Part shown: positions 8,781-18,573 of the stretch, in pieces | How the letters are laid out: each line of letters starts with the position of its first letter | How positions within the stretch are numbered: the first letter of the stretch is position 1 | From: a virus | Reading direction: 5' to 3' (one strand) | Length of the DNA: 64,000 nucleotides | IMG/VR virus record: IMGVR_UViG_3300033143_000663 | Location: 3,891-67,890 of that record | The notes under the pieces: model-generated | What the model was told of the DNA's origin: nothing | The model's database searches: none | Seen by the model: the letters and a program-made list of their open reading frames with translations, nothing else | Made by a program: the position numbers and the translations under genes

Positions 8781-9574
8781 TGTATGTAGTCCTGTGCATA
8801 ATACGCATACTCCCATAATTCCTTTGTTGTCTTTGGAAAGTTATCGCCAAAGTCGTTGCACCGTAGTTCTATGTGCTTTTCTCGAAGGAACCACTGAATG
8901 TATGCTTCGTCTATCAGACTACTGTCTAGCGGAAGATCGCAGTCGTTGTGATTAATAAAATCGTTAAGAAATATATTAATGTTTTGATTCTTAATTAAAT
9001 TTTCCTGCTTTGATAACATCTCGTTATGATTTTGCATTATAACGTCCATGCGTTCTGTTAGTGTCAACCCAAGATCTTTTGTGAGATTAATTAACGTTGT
9101 CTTAAAATCATATAACAGATCTCCTAGGTTTATTATTATTCCATTCGCAGGAACATCCATCATTGTGTCTTTTATACCAATAAAGCCTTTATAGCTATAC
9201 TGTTCGCGGTAGCTTAAATCATCAACACCTTCAAATTTAATATTTTTAGAATTGGGTTTTGTCACGTCATTCATTATTAATGCCCAATATTCACAAGGAT
9301 ACTGCATAAAAATAAATTGTTTAACTTTGCTTGCTACATAATGAACGGAATTTGTATTTGCTGGCACTGCGCGGGGTTGATAATCCATAGTATACATTCT
9401 TTGTGATCCAGGAATCATCTCAGAAAACGAAACCCAATCTTTAAAGCATATTTTCAATGCGGCAGATTCATCGCTTGCTGTTTCAATGTTAGTAAAACTA
9501 TCTAATACTCGAGTTAAGTAAGTCCCGTATATATTATACTGGTCGAGTATTGGAATACAATTGCTTATATTCAT
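8777..9574 (-). CDS. Hypothetical protein, paralogue 3 of tandem triplet (sulfotransferase-like fold?)
   Basis: Shares IPI....YG.YL..VL..FT and DEAYIQ..LRE..ELRC.D.GD.FP.T..ELW with its two neighbours. Confidence 0.7.
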   Translation of the reverse strand: MNISNCIPILDQYNIYGTYLTRVLDSFTNIETASDESAALKICFKDWVSFSEMIPGSQRMYTMDYQPRAVPANTNSVHYVASKVKQFIFMQYPCEYWALIMNDVTKPNSKNIKFEGVDDLSYREQYSYKGFIGIKDTMMDVPANGIIINLGDLLYDFKTTLINLTKDLGLTLTERMDVIMQNHNEMLSKQENLIKNQNINIFLNDFINHNDCDLPLDSSLIDEAYIQWFLREKHIELRCNDFGDNFPKTTKELWEYAYYAQDYIH

Positions 9575-10432
9575 TTATTGTCCTATTTTATACGTATATC
9601 GCCACAGTTCATTGACTGTCTTGGGGAAATGATCACCTATGTCGTCGCACCTTAACTCGAGTTGTAATTCTTCGCGAAGGTAATATTGAATATACGCTTC
9701 ATCTATTATACTACACCCATCTAGTAATTTGCAATCATTGTGGTTAACAAAGTTTTTTAAAAAGATATTAATATCTCGAATTTTGACTAAGTGTTTTTGT
9801 TTTGATAGCATGATATTATGATTTTGCATTATAACTTCCATGTCTTCTGTTAACGATATACCAAGTTCTTGTATAAGATTGTTTAGTACCATCTCGAAAT
9901 TATACAGCAAGTCATTTATGTTTATTATAATTGCGTTCTTTGGAATATTTAATATTTTGACCATCTGATCAAATTGAAATAGATTAAAACTGAGTTGTTC
10001 ACGAAATCCAGCAGCCGTAGTACAATTATCAAATTGCGGATATCTGTTTTTGATTTTTGATATAATATTATAGTATCTTAGTAGCCAATTATTTTCTAAT
10101 GTTTGCATTATAATAAATTGATTAACTTCTTTAGATATATTATCAACTGCATTTTGTTCATTGATTAGCTTCTCACGAGAATGATAATGCATTCTGTAGA
10201 ATCGTTGTTCACTTTCTGTTGTTAAAAATTCGAGCCAGTCATCATAATATGATCCAGCAGCACCAACTTGATCGTGTGCGTTTCCAGTTGCTGTAAATGG
10301 AAGATCCTGGTTGTTACGCATTCCGCTGTTGGTAAAGTTATTTAATACCCAAAAGAGATAGGATCCGTATTCGCCCGGACGATATAGTATTGGAATATAA
10401 TCTTTTACGTTCACGGTTATGTGTAACTCCAC
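9575..10432 (-). CDS. Hypothetical protein, paralogue 2 of tandem triplet (sulfotransferase-like fold?)
   Basis: Same motifs plus LPF...GNAH; the true start may be slightly downstream. Confidence 0.7.
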   Translation of the reverse strand: MELHITVNVKDYIPILYRPGEYGSYLFWVLNNFTNSGMRNNQDLPFTATGNAHDQVGAAGSYYDDWLEFLTTESEQRFYRMHYHSREKLINEQNAVDNISKEVNQFIIMQTLENNWLLRYYNIISKIKNRYPQFDNCTTAAGFREQLSFNLFQFDQMVKILNIPKNAIIININDLLYNFEMVLNNLIQELGISLTEDMEVIMQNHNIMLSKQKHLVKIRDINIFLKNFVNHNDCKLLDGCSIIDEAYIQYYLREELQLELRCDDIGDHFPKTVNELWRYTYKIGQ

Positions 10433-11277
10433 AGTTCTTTACTAGTATTGGGGAAATGATCACCTATGTCGTTACATCTTAGTTCTAAATTTAGTTCTTC
10501 ACGTAAATAATATTGAATGTATGCTTCGTCAATTAATGTACAGGCATCTGGTAATTTACAATCGACGTGGTTAACAAAGTCTGAAAGGAACTTCTTGATT
10601 AAGGCATCCTTAGTAATGTTAGATTGTAGTGCCATCATTTTATTATGGTTTTCTAAGATTGTTTCCATTGGTGATGATAGTTCTGTATCTAAGAATGCTA
10701 CAATATTGGATATGACAGTTTCAAATTCATACAGTAAACTATTCAGTTCAATTACTTTAATATTAGGCAGCTCAAGAGCGGTTAATCTTTGTATGTATCC
10801 GTCGTTGAATAATTTATAACTTAGTAATTCACGAATCTCAGAAATTGACGAATTATTATCTAGTGTGTCTAGTTCAAGTGTATCCTTTACACTAGCTATA
10901 AGATCTGGTATATCGTTATACGTTTTATCAATCCAGTTACTAATTGTTAATAACTGCATTGCAGGATCGTACTTTATAGCTATAACTTTATCGACTGCTC
11001 CAGCAACTTCATATATTAATTCGTCGTCAGCTATATTACTACCTGGATCATTGAAATGCAGACAGTAATAAGGATGATCTTCGAAGCACTTCATCTCAGA
11101 CCAGAACGGTGATTGGTCACCGTTACTATATTGATTGTGTGAGTTGCCACTTTTGCCAAACGGAAGTTTGGGGTGACTGTGCAATCCTTTAGTGGTAAAG
11201 TTATTTAATACCCAATACAAATAGTGGCCGTAGTTGCCACCAATGAAAAAAATAGGGACCCGATCCTTTAGGAGCAT
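10417..11277 (-). CDS. Hypothetical protein, paralogue 1 of tandem triplet (sulfotransferase-like fold?)
   Basis: GGNYGHYLYWVLNNFT...LPFGKSGNSH; C-terminal DEAYIQYYLREEL.LELRC. Confidence 0.7.
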   Translation of the reverse strand: MLLKDRVPIFFIGGNYGHYLYWVLNNFTTKGLHSHPKLPFGKSGNSHNQYSNGDQSPFWSEMKCFEDHPYYCLHFNDPGSNIADDELIYEVAGAVDKVIAIKYDPAMQLLTISNWIDKTYNDIPDLIASVKDTLELDTLDNNSSISEIRELLSYKLFNDGYIQRLTALELPNIKVIELNSLLYEFETVISNIVAFLDTELSSPMETILENHNKMMALQSNITKDALIKKFLSDFVNHVDCKLPDACTLIDEAYIQYYLREELNLELRCNDIGDHFPNTSKELWSYT

Positions 11278-11282
11278 CTTAG

Positions 11283-12260
11283 TTACGAATTGCTTGTTTT
11301 CTTTTTGCCCGGCTTGCCAACAGTATAATCGTATGTGGGTTCGTCTTTAGCACCTTCGTTTGCAAACTGTCTAGTCCAACTAGGTGTTAGTCCGTTAGCT
11401 TCTAAGATATCATCACGTATGTTCTGCATCTTTTTCTCAATGTTTAACACACGGGTGAAACTGTTAGTTACTGCGGCAGTGTAGTATGCAAAGGGGTTTT
11501 GTGATTTAAGTTCATTAAATTGTAACCCAATCTGCGATAACTGTAATAATGCTTGTCCTTGCATCTCGTCATTATAAGTATATCCACGCCAGTTACTACG
11601 TGTACCGTAACGTTCGCATAGTTTAATATACATCATTGCTAGGTTACCTGTTGTACGACCGTGATCTTTACTAAACTCACCTGTAGTTACATCGCCTTTC
11701 CAGTGTGATTTACCTACAATATGTAATGCACTAGTATCATCGCCTAATAGACGATAATGGAAAAACGGAGGGAAGTTAACCCGCATAGGTACCAGTTCAA
11801 CGTTTGGATCTGTGACTGATATTTGATCGCCCTCCTCAGATTCTATTAGTTCGTCAAATACAGCGTTTGCTTTAGCCTGCTTTGCTTCTTTAGCAAGTAT
11901 AGCTTTTGATTTCTTCTTCGGTACCAACGGAATGTGTTCTTTAGTCATAACACGAAATACAACATCGCTTAAAGCGACATCGTTTACGTCGGTTGGTATA
12001 TCTAATTTAGAAAGTCTTGTTGCTCGCGCTTGCATTGCTAATTCAAGTACAGGCTTTTCTTTAAAGACAGCGTCAGTTGTTTCGGTTGCCTTTTTAACTT
12101 CAACTAATTGTGTTCCAAAAATAGCTTCTGTTGATTCTACAATGAAGTCCTGTTGATTGTCTTCGATTGGGTCCTCGAAGGAACAATATGATATTTTGCT
12201 TAAATGAATCTCTTTAAGCATATCCTTATTATTTAAATAGTTCTTTTTTCTTTTAGCCAT
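11283..12260 (-). CDS. gp55: Late-transcription sigma factor (T4 gp55-like) with a long insertion
   Basis: NYLNNKD..., NWRGYTYNDEM, KSQNPFAYYT....NSF.R....EKK are gp55 hallmarks. Start MAKRKK at 12260 has a GAGGAG RBS. Confidence 0.85.
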   Translation of the reverse strand: MAKRKKNYLNNKDMLKEIHLSKISYCSFEDPIEDNQQDFIVESTEAIFGTQLVEVKKATETTDAVFKEKPVLELAMQARATRLSKLDIPTDVNDVALSDVVFRVMTKEHIPLVPKKKSKAILAKEAKQAKANAVFDELIESEEGDQISVTDPNVELVPMRVNFPPFFHYRLLGDDTSALHIVGKSHWKGDVTTGEFSKDHGRTTGNLAMMYIKLCERYGTRSNWRGYTYNDEMQGQALLQLSQIGLQFNELKSQNPFAYYTAAVTNSFTRVLNIEKKMQNIRDDILEANGLTPSWTRQFANEGAKDEPTYDYTVGKPGKKKTSNS

Positions 12261-12286
12261 AATCTCCTCGTTACTATAAAGTACAT

Positions 12287-12314
12287 AGTTTAACATATAT
12301 AAGTCTTTTGTCAA
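12287..12314 (-). promoter_or_regulatory. Host sigma70-type promoter for the gp55-gp47-gp46 operon
   Basis: TTGACA (12314-12309), 16-bp spacer, TGn-extended TAAACT (12292-12287). Confidence 0.6.
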
Positions 12315-12348
12315 CCTAAATTTATTATATTGGGTTATATTGAGTATC

Positions 12349-12356
12349 CATAAATA
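12349..12356 (+). promoter_or_regulatory. Late promoter CATAAATA for the baseplate operon
   Basis: ATAAATA core about 25 nt upstream of ATG 12381. Confidence 0.65.
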
Positions 12357-12380
12357 CAACATTAGAATAGGAAGATATTT

Positions 12381-13601
12381 ATGGCATTAACATTCCCGGA
12401 ATTTTCGCATCGAGACCCAGCCAGTGGACTATTAGTAATAGACGGCCAATTCTGGGGGCCGATAACCGGAATAACTCAAGCTGATTTAAACACAGCGGTA
12501 AATGGTGTATTAACTGGTACTCCGTATGAAATTCGTTTGCCAGACCCAGCGTCGGGTATGATACGGGTAATAACGTCAGCTGATGGATACACTTATAAAA
12601 CCACCCTGGAACCACGTGACCCCCCAATACTAACTGAAGATCAATTTGATCCAGAGGATGGCATTGAGCCAGAGGATGGCATTGTATCTGATGATGATCC
12701 AGCAGCCGCAGCAGCCGACGAAGCCGCTGAAGACGAAGATCCATTTAATGAAAACGATGAAGACGATGACGACGGCGAAGAAACTGCCGAAGAGCTGGCT
12801 GAGAGACGAGCAGGAGATGCTGCCGCAGCTCAAGTCGTGGCTAATGCCGAAAACGACTGGCGTGTACGTTTACACCTAGGGTCTAGTGCAAACTACTTGT
12901 ATAAATCCGACAACCCAGGAATATTAAAACCATTGCAAGACACTGATGGCATTATATTCCCATACACACCAACTATCGCCGTACAGTATAATGCAGACTA
13001 CGAAAACTATGATTTAGTTCATAGTAACTATCGAGGCTATTTTTATAAAGGAAGTCAAGTACAGAATATATTGTTAACAGCAACGTTCACAGCAAATGAT
13101 GTAGAAGAAGCAAACTATCTTTTAGCTTCATTACACTTTTTAAGATCGTGTACTAAAATGTTTTATGGTAAAGACACAGCACTAAGAGGAATGCCACCTC
13201 CAATTGTATTTTTAACTGGGCTTGGCGAATTTCAATTTAATAATCATCCATGTGCAATTACAATGATGAACTATAACTTGCCCAACGACGTTGATTACAT
13301 ACCATGCGGTAAGCCACATAATGTACCACAAACGGCAGCACCAAAAGGCACGCCTTCGACCCAATCAGCGCGAGCCAAGTCGGTCGGCCTTCAACCTGGT
13401 ACGGGTAAACAAATACCAAATGCTAATCCTAATCAGTCTGATAAGACTGGCGATAGCATATACAACAAAGCAACCTATGTACCTACTAAGATTGATATTA
13501 ACTTTACAATGATTCCAATACAAACACGTGATCAAGTTAGTAAAGAGTTTAGTCTTGAGGAATATGCAAATGGTGACTTACTTAAGAAGGGGTTCTGGTA
13601 A
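12381..13601 (+). CDS. Baseplate/tail-tube-associated structural protein with acidic linker
   Basis: DWRVRL, GIIFPYTP.I, PPPIVFL.G.G, VPTK.DI tube-initiator-like motifs; first gene of the baseplate operon; contains a short duplicated ccagaggatggcatt (PEDGI x2). Confidence 0.55.
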   Translation: MALTFPEFSHRDPASGLLVIDGQFWGPITGITQADLNTAVNGVLTGTPYEIRLPDPASGMIRVITSADGYTYKTTLEPRDPPILTEDQFDPEDGIEPEDGIVSDDDPAAAAADEAAEDEDPFNENDEDDDDGEETAEELAERRAGDAAAAQVVANAENDWRVRLHLGSSANYLYKSDNPGILKPLQDTDGIIFPYTPTIAVQYNADYENYDLVHSNYRGYFYKGSQVQNILLTATFTANDVEEANYLLASLHFLRSCTKMFYGKDTALRGMPPPIVFLTGLGEFQFNNHPCAITMMNYNLPNDVDYIPCGKPHNVPQTAAPKGTPSTQSARAKSVGLQPGTGKQIPNANPNQSDKTGDSIYNKATYVPTKIDINFTMIPIQTRDQVSKEFSLEEYANGDLLKKGFW

Positions 13602-13903
13602 TGTCAGTACAATATTCAAAGAAAAGTGCATACGGATTAACCGGTACAAGAGATCATTATTTAGATCTTATGGTTAACAGAACAATTCCAAAGCTAGACA
13701 GCGATGCAGAAGTTACAATTACACAAACGTATCACATGCGCCCAGACTTATTAGCATTTGATTTATACGACGATTCAGAACTGTGGTGGGTATTTGCACA
13801 ACGGAATCCAGACCGCTTAAAGAATCCATTAATTGATTTTAGTGTAGGTACTTTAATAAGGGTACCTACCATTGATACCCTGCGAGATGTACTAGGTTTC
13901 TAA
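13601..13903 (+). CDS. Baseplate wedge protein, gp53/LysM-like
   Basis: RPDLLAFDLYDDSELWWVFAQRN...GT.IRVP motif. Confidence 0.8.
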   Translation: MSVQYSKKSAYGLTGTRDHYLDLMVNRTIPKLDSDAEVTITQTYHMRPDLLAFDLYDDSELWWVFAQRNPDRLKNPLIDFSVGTLIRVPTIDTLRDVLGF

Positions 13904-15804
13904 TGACAAAACTAACTGGCCCAATTCCAAACCCTTTCCGTGCGTTTAATAACATGACGTATGGTATTTCGATGTATTTGCAATCACCAGAGAAATACAC
14001 GGAGATGCTAGAGACTGGCAATAAAGATGTTAAAGGTATGGAGTTGTTAGTTCAAAGTGGCGGCATAAGTGATAAAGCTGAAGGCAACTTTGGCGCAAAG
14101 CGTAACGAATTCTTCACTCGCGACTTTTACTTAAACGACATACAGCTACAGAGTTTAATAGCAGGTACAGCAACAGGTGGCCCACACAATAGTTTTGAAC
14201 TAAACTTTACAGTTACTGAACCAATGGGCTTATCGTTCATGGATCGCTTATATAAAGCATCAACCAAATATAATTCAAAATATAAAAACTTTAATCCAAT
14301 CAACCAGATATACTTAATAGTCATACGCTTTTATGGATATGATAAAAATGGCAAACAAGTCCTAAACGGAAAGTTTGACGATGGCTCCGACACTAATTCG
14401 TACATTGAAAAATGGGTGCCTATAATGATTAAATCTATTAAGTTTAGGGTCGAAACGTCAAAGGTAGTTTATGCATGTGAGTGTGTTTGCCCACAAACAC
14501 AAATAGGACAGGGCCAGATTCACGGTACGATACCTTTTAGTGTTGGACTGCAAGGCCAGAAATTATCCGACCTACTAGACGGCACAGAAAAGAAGCCAGT
14601 TAAAGGTATTGTTAACAGTGGTTTAATGGACGCCCTTAATAAGCATCAGCAAAAATTAGTAACAGACAAGAAAATTAAAATAGCAAACAAATATTCAATT
14701 AAGTTTGAAGATGGTATCAAATTAAAAGATGCGAAAGTGGCCGCACCGGGCACAAAAGTAATTCAAAAGAGTGGTACGGCAGGCGGTGCCACAGCAACAG
14801 ACATATCTAAATATTCGTCTGGCAGCGCACAATCGATTAATGGTGTTCAAACTTATGCTACTAATGCAGGTATGAAGATTATGAAATTTATAGACCTAGC
14901 GGTTAGATCTAGTACGTATGTTTCGGATCAGTATAAGAAAGTCAATGAAGAAAATAAGGATGGAACAACTAAGCACAAACCAAAATCAGATCAACCGCTT
15001 AAATGGTATAAGATACGCAACACGATTAAAATAATAGACTTTGACGAAATACGTCAGCAGTGGGCATACGATATTACATATTATGTAACAGCATACGAAG
15101 TTAAAACTGTTGAAACAGTTGACTTTAATAGCGCCGATTGTTTTAAAGTACATAAAGAATATGATTTTTGGTTTACAGGAAAGAACACAGAAGTACTAGA
15201 TTTTAGTCAAGAGTTTAATACATTTTATTATACATCATTTAGTCCTAAACATATAGTTGATCCTTCTAAGGATACTAAAAGACAAAATAACTTAAGGGCG
15301 ATGCTTGCACCACGTGCCAACTCTACAGAATCTAATGCACATAGCGAGAACATGGGTACGGAACAAGGTGCCAACGCTGCTAGTGTATTATATGCTCCAC
15401 AAGATATTGCTAACGTAAAAATAGACATTCTTGGCGACCCTGATTGGTTATCGCAGAGCGAATTATTTTATGCAGCATCTACTACGCCAAGCGATCCAAT
15501 ACTAGCAGACGGGTCAATTAACTACGACATAGCAGAAGTATTTTTTGCAGTAAACTTTAATACAGTAGTTGATTATAATCTTGAAACTGGCCTGGCTGAC
15601 GTAACCGCAAAGAATCTAGGCAGAGATATAACTGCTAATGAAAGTGGTGTATCTCAATATAGTTTTCTTTATAGGGCAAACACGATTACAACACAATTTA
15701 ACGATGGTAAATTTACACAACAAATTTTAGGCACTCTGGTATTCATACCAGAAGAATGTATAACAGGAAAGAAACCTGACGATACTAACAAGGGTAGTTT
15801 ATAA
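13903..15804 (+). CDS. Baseplate hub protein (gp27/VgrG-like)
   Basis: Lies between gp53-like and gp5-like genes; VTEPMG, I.GDP.W and GKFTQ motifs. Confidence 0.55.
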   Translation: MTKLTGPIPNPFRAFNNMTYGISMYLQSPEKYTEMLETGNKDVKGMELLVQSGGISDKAEGNFGAKRNEFFTRDFYLNDIQLQSLIAGTATGGPHNSFELNFTVTEPMGLSFMDRLYKASTKYNSKYKNFNPINQIYLIVIRFYGYDKNGKQVLNGKFDDGSDTNSYIEKWVPIMIKSIKFRVETSKVVYACECVCPQTQIGQGQIHGTIPFSVGLQGQKLSDLLDGTEKKPVKGIVNSGLMDALNKHQQKLVTDKKIKIANKYSIKFEDGIKLKDAKVAAPGTKVIQKSGTAGGATATDISKYSSGSAQSINGVQTYATNAGMKIMKFIDLAVRSSTYVSDQYKKVNEENKDGTTKHKPKSDQPLKWYKIRNTIKIIDFDEIRQQWAYDITYYVTAYEVKTVETVDFNSADCFKVHKEYDFWFTGKNTEVLDFSQEFNTFYYTSFSPKHIVDPSKDTKRQNNLRAMLAPRANSTESNAHSENMGTEQGANAASVLYAPQDIANVKIDILGDPDWLSQSELFYAASTTPSDPILADGSINYDIAEVFFAVNFNTVVDYNLETGLADVTAKNLGRDITANESGVSQYSFLYRANTITTQFNDGKFTQQILGTLVFIPEECITGKKPDDTNKGSL

Positions 15805-17249
15805 TGGCTGAAGAAGATTACATAGGTGGGTCACGAGTAGGTAAGAGCTTCCGACAGGATCGTGGAGGCGTTGTTGGCTATTCAGGTCCGTTTGAAGCAG
15901 AAATTATGTGTACGGTAGATCCTACACATAGTGGACGAATCGAAGTATGGATCAGCGCATTTGGCGATGAAAACTCTAAGCACGAACCATCATCGTGGAC
16001 CACGGCGCGTTACCTTTCACCGTACTACGGTATAACAAATGTTAAAAAAATCGACACCCCATCTCCGCGGTGGGAAGATGGTAATGCTCATTCGTACGGA
16101 CTGTGGGCGACAGTACCAGACACAGGAGTTAAGGTCCTTGTTGTTTTCTCAAATGGTGAACGCGATAAGTGTTATTACATAGGCTTTATTCCAGAACCAC
16201 AAATGAATCAAATGGTTCCAGCTATTGGTGCTAAGGAAGATGTCCACTTTAACGATAACCCCGCTCAAGAAGAAAAGTTTGCTCATGCAGCACGAAAACC
16301 AGTAGTTGAAATGGATAAGCAACGAGCATCGATGGATGACGGCGAGTTCGGCAAAATACCTAAACCAATCCACTCAGTAGTGGCAAGCCAAATGTGGCAG
16401 CAAGGTATTATAATAGATCCGTTTCGCGGCCCTATATCATCAAGTGCTCAGAGAGAAAGCCCAAGTTATGTTTATGGCATCAGCACACCAGGTCGCCCAA
16501 TATATACGGCAGGCATGTTCGACCACGAAGTAAAAGACTTAGTTGAGTCTGGTGCAGTAACAGATACCAGCATAGTAGGTAGACGCGGCGGCCATACATT
16601 TGTTATGGATGACGGCGATGTCAACGGCGACAACAATTTAGTGCGTATTCGTACATCACACGGCCATCAAATTACAATGACAGACGACGGTAGGTCTATA
16701 TACATAGTACATGCTAACGGTAACTCGTGGTGGGAATTAGGTGCTGAAGGCACAATTGATATGTATGCTGCAAATAGTATTAACATGCGAAGCGGCGGTG
16801 AAGTTAATATACATGCTGATACGAATGTTAACATTGATGCGCTTGGAAGTGTTAATTTACACGGCAAGAAAAGAATTGCAATTGAATCCGACGATGCGTT
16901 AGATTTAACTGGATTAAAGAGTTTAACAGCATATAGCAAGACTAAACTTGGCATTAAGAGTGATGGTACAATAGCAACAGACGCAGGCGGTTCAGCATCA
17001 TTCAAGTCAGGTGGTCACACAGAAATTAAAGGATCAACAATTGGATTAAACGATGGTGGCGCTGCATCAGTAACAATACCAACTGCGATACCGCTTGTTA
17101 GTTTCCCAGACGCAACTAAAAACGATATTGAAGGTTGGAAGTTAGTTCCAGATAAGTTTAAGAGTATTGTTACCCGCGCACCAACACACGAACCGTGGGA
17201 TGCACACAACAAAGGAATCTCAGACGTTAAACCGTTTGACAAATCGTAA
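15804..17249 (+). CDS. Baseplate central spike, gp5/VgrG OB-fold protein
   Basis: DP...GRIEVWI, W...P..G.KVLV.F..G, GHTFVMDD, RIRTSHGH, beta-helix repeats, PTHEPW. Confidence 0.8.
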   Translation: MAEEDYIGGSRVGKSFRQDRGGVVGYSGPFEAEIMCTVDPTHSGRIEVWISAFGDENSKHEPSSWTTARYLSPYYGITNVKKIDTPSPRWEDGNAHSYGLWATVPDTGVKVLVVFSNGERDKCYYIGFIPEPQMNQMVPAIGAKEDVHFNDNPAQEEKFAHAARKPVVEMDKQRASMDDGEFGKIPKPIHSVVASQMWQQGIIIDPFRGPISSSAQRESPSYVYGISTPGRPIYTAGMFDHEVKDLVESGAVTDTSIVGRRGGHTFVMDDGDVNGDNNLVRIRTSHGHQITMTDDGRSIYIVHANGNSWWELGAEGTIDMYAANSINMRSGGEVNIHADTNVNIDALGSVNLHGKKRIAIESDDALDLTGLKSLTAYSKTKLGIKSDGTIATDAGGSASFKSGGHTEIKGSTIGLNDGGAASVTIPTAIPLVSFPDATKNDIEGWKLVPDKFKSIVTRAPTHEPWDAHNKGISDVKPFDKS

Positions 17250-17257
17250 GGTGATTT

Positions 17258-18142
17258 ATGACTTGTGAAATTGAAATTAAAGATCTAGTTGCAGAATTAG
17301 CAAAGCCGAGTGTAATTACCCCAGTACTGGGTTTATCATTTGACGAGACTGCTGGCGTATTAACCGGTATACTAAAAAGCGTAGACCAAGCGTCAGATGT
17401 AATTAGTGAAAAAGGTTTAGGCTCGTACGGATTAAGTCTTCAAGATTTACAAAAAACGGGTGTTGTTAAGAAAGGCCTTGGCGCATCAATTGATCCAGCA
17501 GACCTTGCTGCAATTCTGTCTGATCCGTCAGTATTTACAGGTAAACACGGTGTAAATAATGTTGACAATATATTAGCAAACGAAGCTTTGCAACAAGAGC
17601 TGATAAACGAAGTAGTATCAAAGAACATGTGCGACATGCGATCCCAGGGGGTTATAACTGGCCTTGAATCAGTAAGCGAATTGGCTGCCCTTGCTGGCAT
17701 GGCTGCAAAGTTTTCAATATCGGATATTAAAGGTAAACTTGCCGGCACCATATCTGATTTATTAAATTCAGCAATGGACAAGCTGGGCGGGCTGGCTGCA
17801 TTTGGCGCAGTGTTAGCCGTTGCTAAACAAGCAGACATATTAGGTAAATTAAAAGGACTTGGCCGAGCAGTTGTTAGTTTACCAGAACTTGCAGCAGACA
17901 CTATTGACACAGCTGATATTTTCGATAATGTTGATAAACTAATAGGAAGTGTTCGTATTCCTAAGGCGTCTGACATAGCCGCAGGTGTAACAGATTCGTT
18001 ATCTGTATTAGGCGTTGCCGGCATAGGAGCCACAGCACAGAGTCTGTTAGCCGATCTAAGTGATCCAGCAGATGTTTTAAACGCCGTAACGGATGCAACT
18101 AAGAAGTTGCCGTTAGGTCCAGGAGATTATTCATCATGCTAA
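17258..18142 (+). CDS. Hypothetical virion/baseplate-associated protein
   Basis: 294-aa ORF between the gp5-like and gp25-like genes. Confidence 0.6.
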   Translation: MTCEIEIKDLVAELAKPSVITPVLGLSFDETAGVLTGILKSVDQASDVISEKGLGSYGLSLQDLQKTGVVKKGLGASIDPADLAAILSDPSVFTGKHGVNNVDNILANEALQQELINEVVSKNMCDMRSQGVITGLESVSELAALAGMAAKFSISDIKGKLAGTISDLLNSAMDKLGGLAAFGAVLAVAKQADILGKLKGLGRAVVSLPELAADTIDTADIFDNVDKLIGSVRIPKASDIAAGVTDSLSVLGVAGIGATAQSLLADLSDPADVLNAVTDATKKLPLGPGDYSSC

Positions 18143-18510
18143 ATTTTAAAGGTTTTAGCACCATAGACAAAAATAAAAAATTCACAATGACAGATCGTGA
18201 TCTTATTAAGCGCGATTTACTTAATGCGTTATTAATTCGTGCTGGAACATTGCCGGGCCGTCCGGAGGTTGGCACTAGAGTTTGGGATTATCTGTTTGAT
18301 CCAAACGATTCACTAACAACTAATAAGATAGAAAATGAGATACGTCGTATCATAGCTTTAGATTTGCGTATAGATTTACACGATATTGTAATTACAAGCG
18401 CGGTTAACACTATTAGCGTACATGTGTCAGTAAGTCTTTTACCGGCACAGAGTGCAGAAGAATTCTTCATAACCTTCCTACAGGATACACAAACAGCCAC
18501 AATTGCTTAA
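18136..18510 (+). CDS. Baseplate wedge protein gp25-like (GPW/gp25)
   Basis: LIKRDLLN....G....RPEVGT..WDYLFDP...D.RI. Confidence 0.85.
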   Translation: MLNFKGFSTIDKNKKFTMTDRDLIKRDLLNALLIRAGTLPGRPEVGTRVWDYLFDPNDSLTTNKIENEIRRIIALDLRIDLHDIVITSAVNTISVHVSVSLLPAQSAEEFFITFLQDTQTATIA

Positions 18511-18538
18511 CTCTTAAAGTACGCCGTTTATACTTCTC

Positions 18539-18546
18539 CATAAATA
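18539..18546 (+). promoter_or_regulatory. Late promoter CATAAATA
   Basis: ATAAATA core upstream of ATG 18574. Confidence 0.6.
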
Positions 18547-18573
18547 TACGAAACATTTAAAGAGAATTATAAT

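Noticed and set aside
8777-11277. Diversity-generating retroelement (similar 3' ends of three genes)
   Set aside because: Differences are not adenine-specific, all copies are coding, and there is no reverse transcriptase in the window.
17440-18033. Long antisense ORFs (also 5361-5861, 33108-33581, 49466-49972 and many shorter ones)
   Set aside because: Shadow frames of well-supported genes on the opposite strand, with no motifs or RBS.
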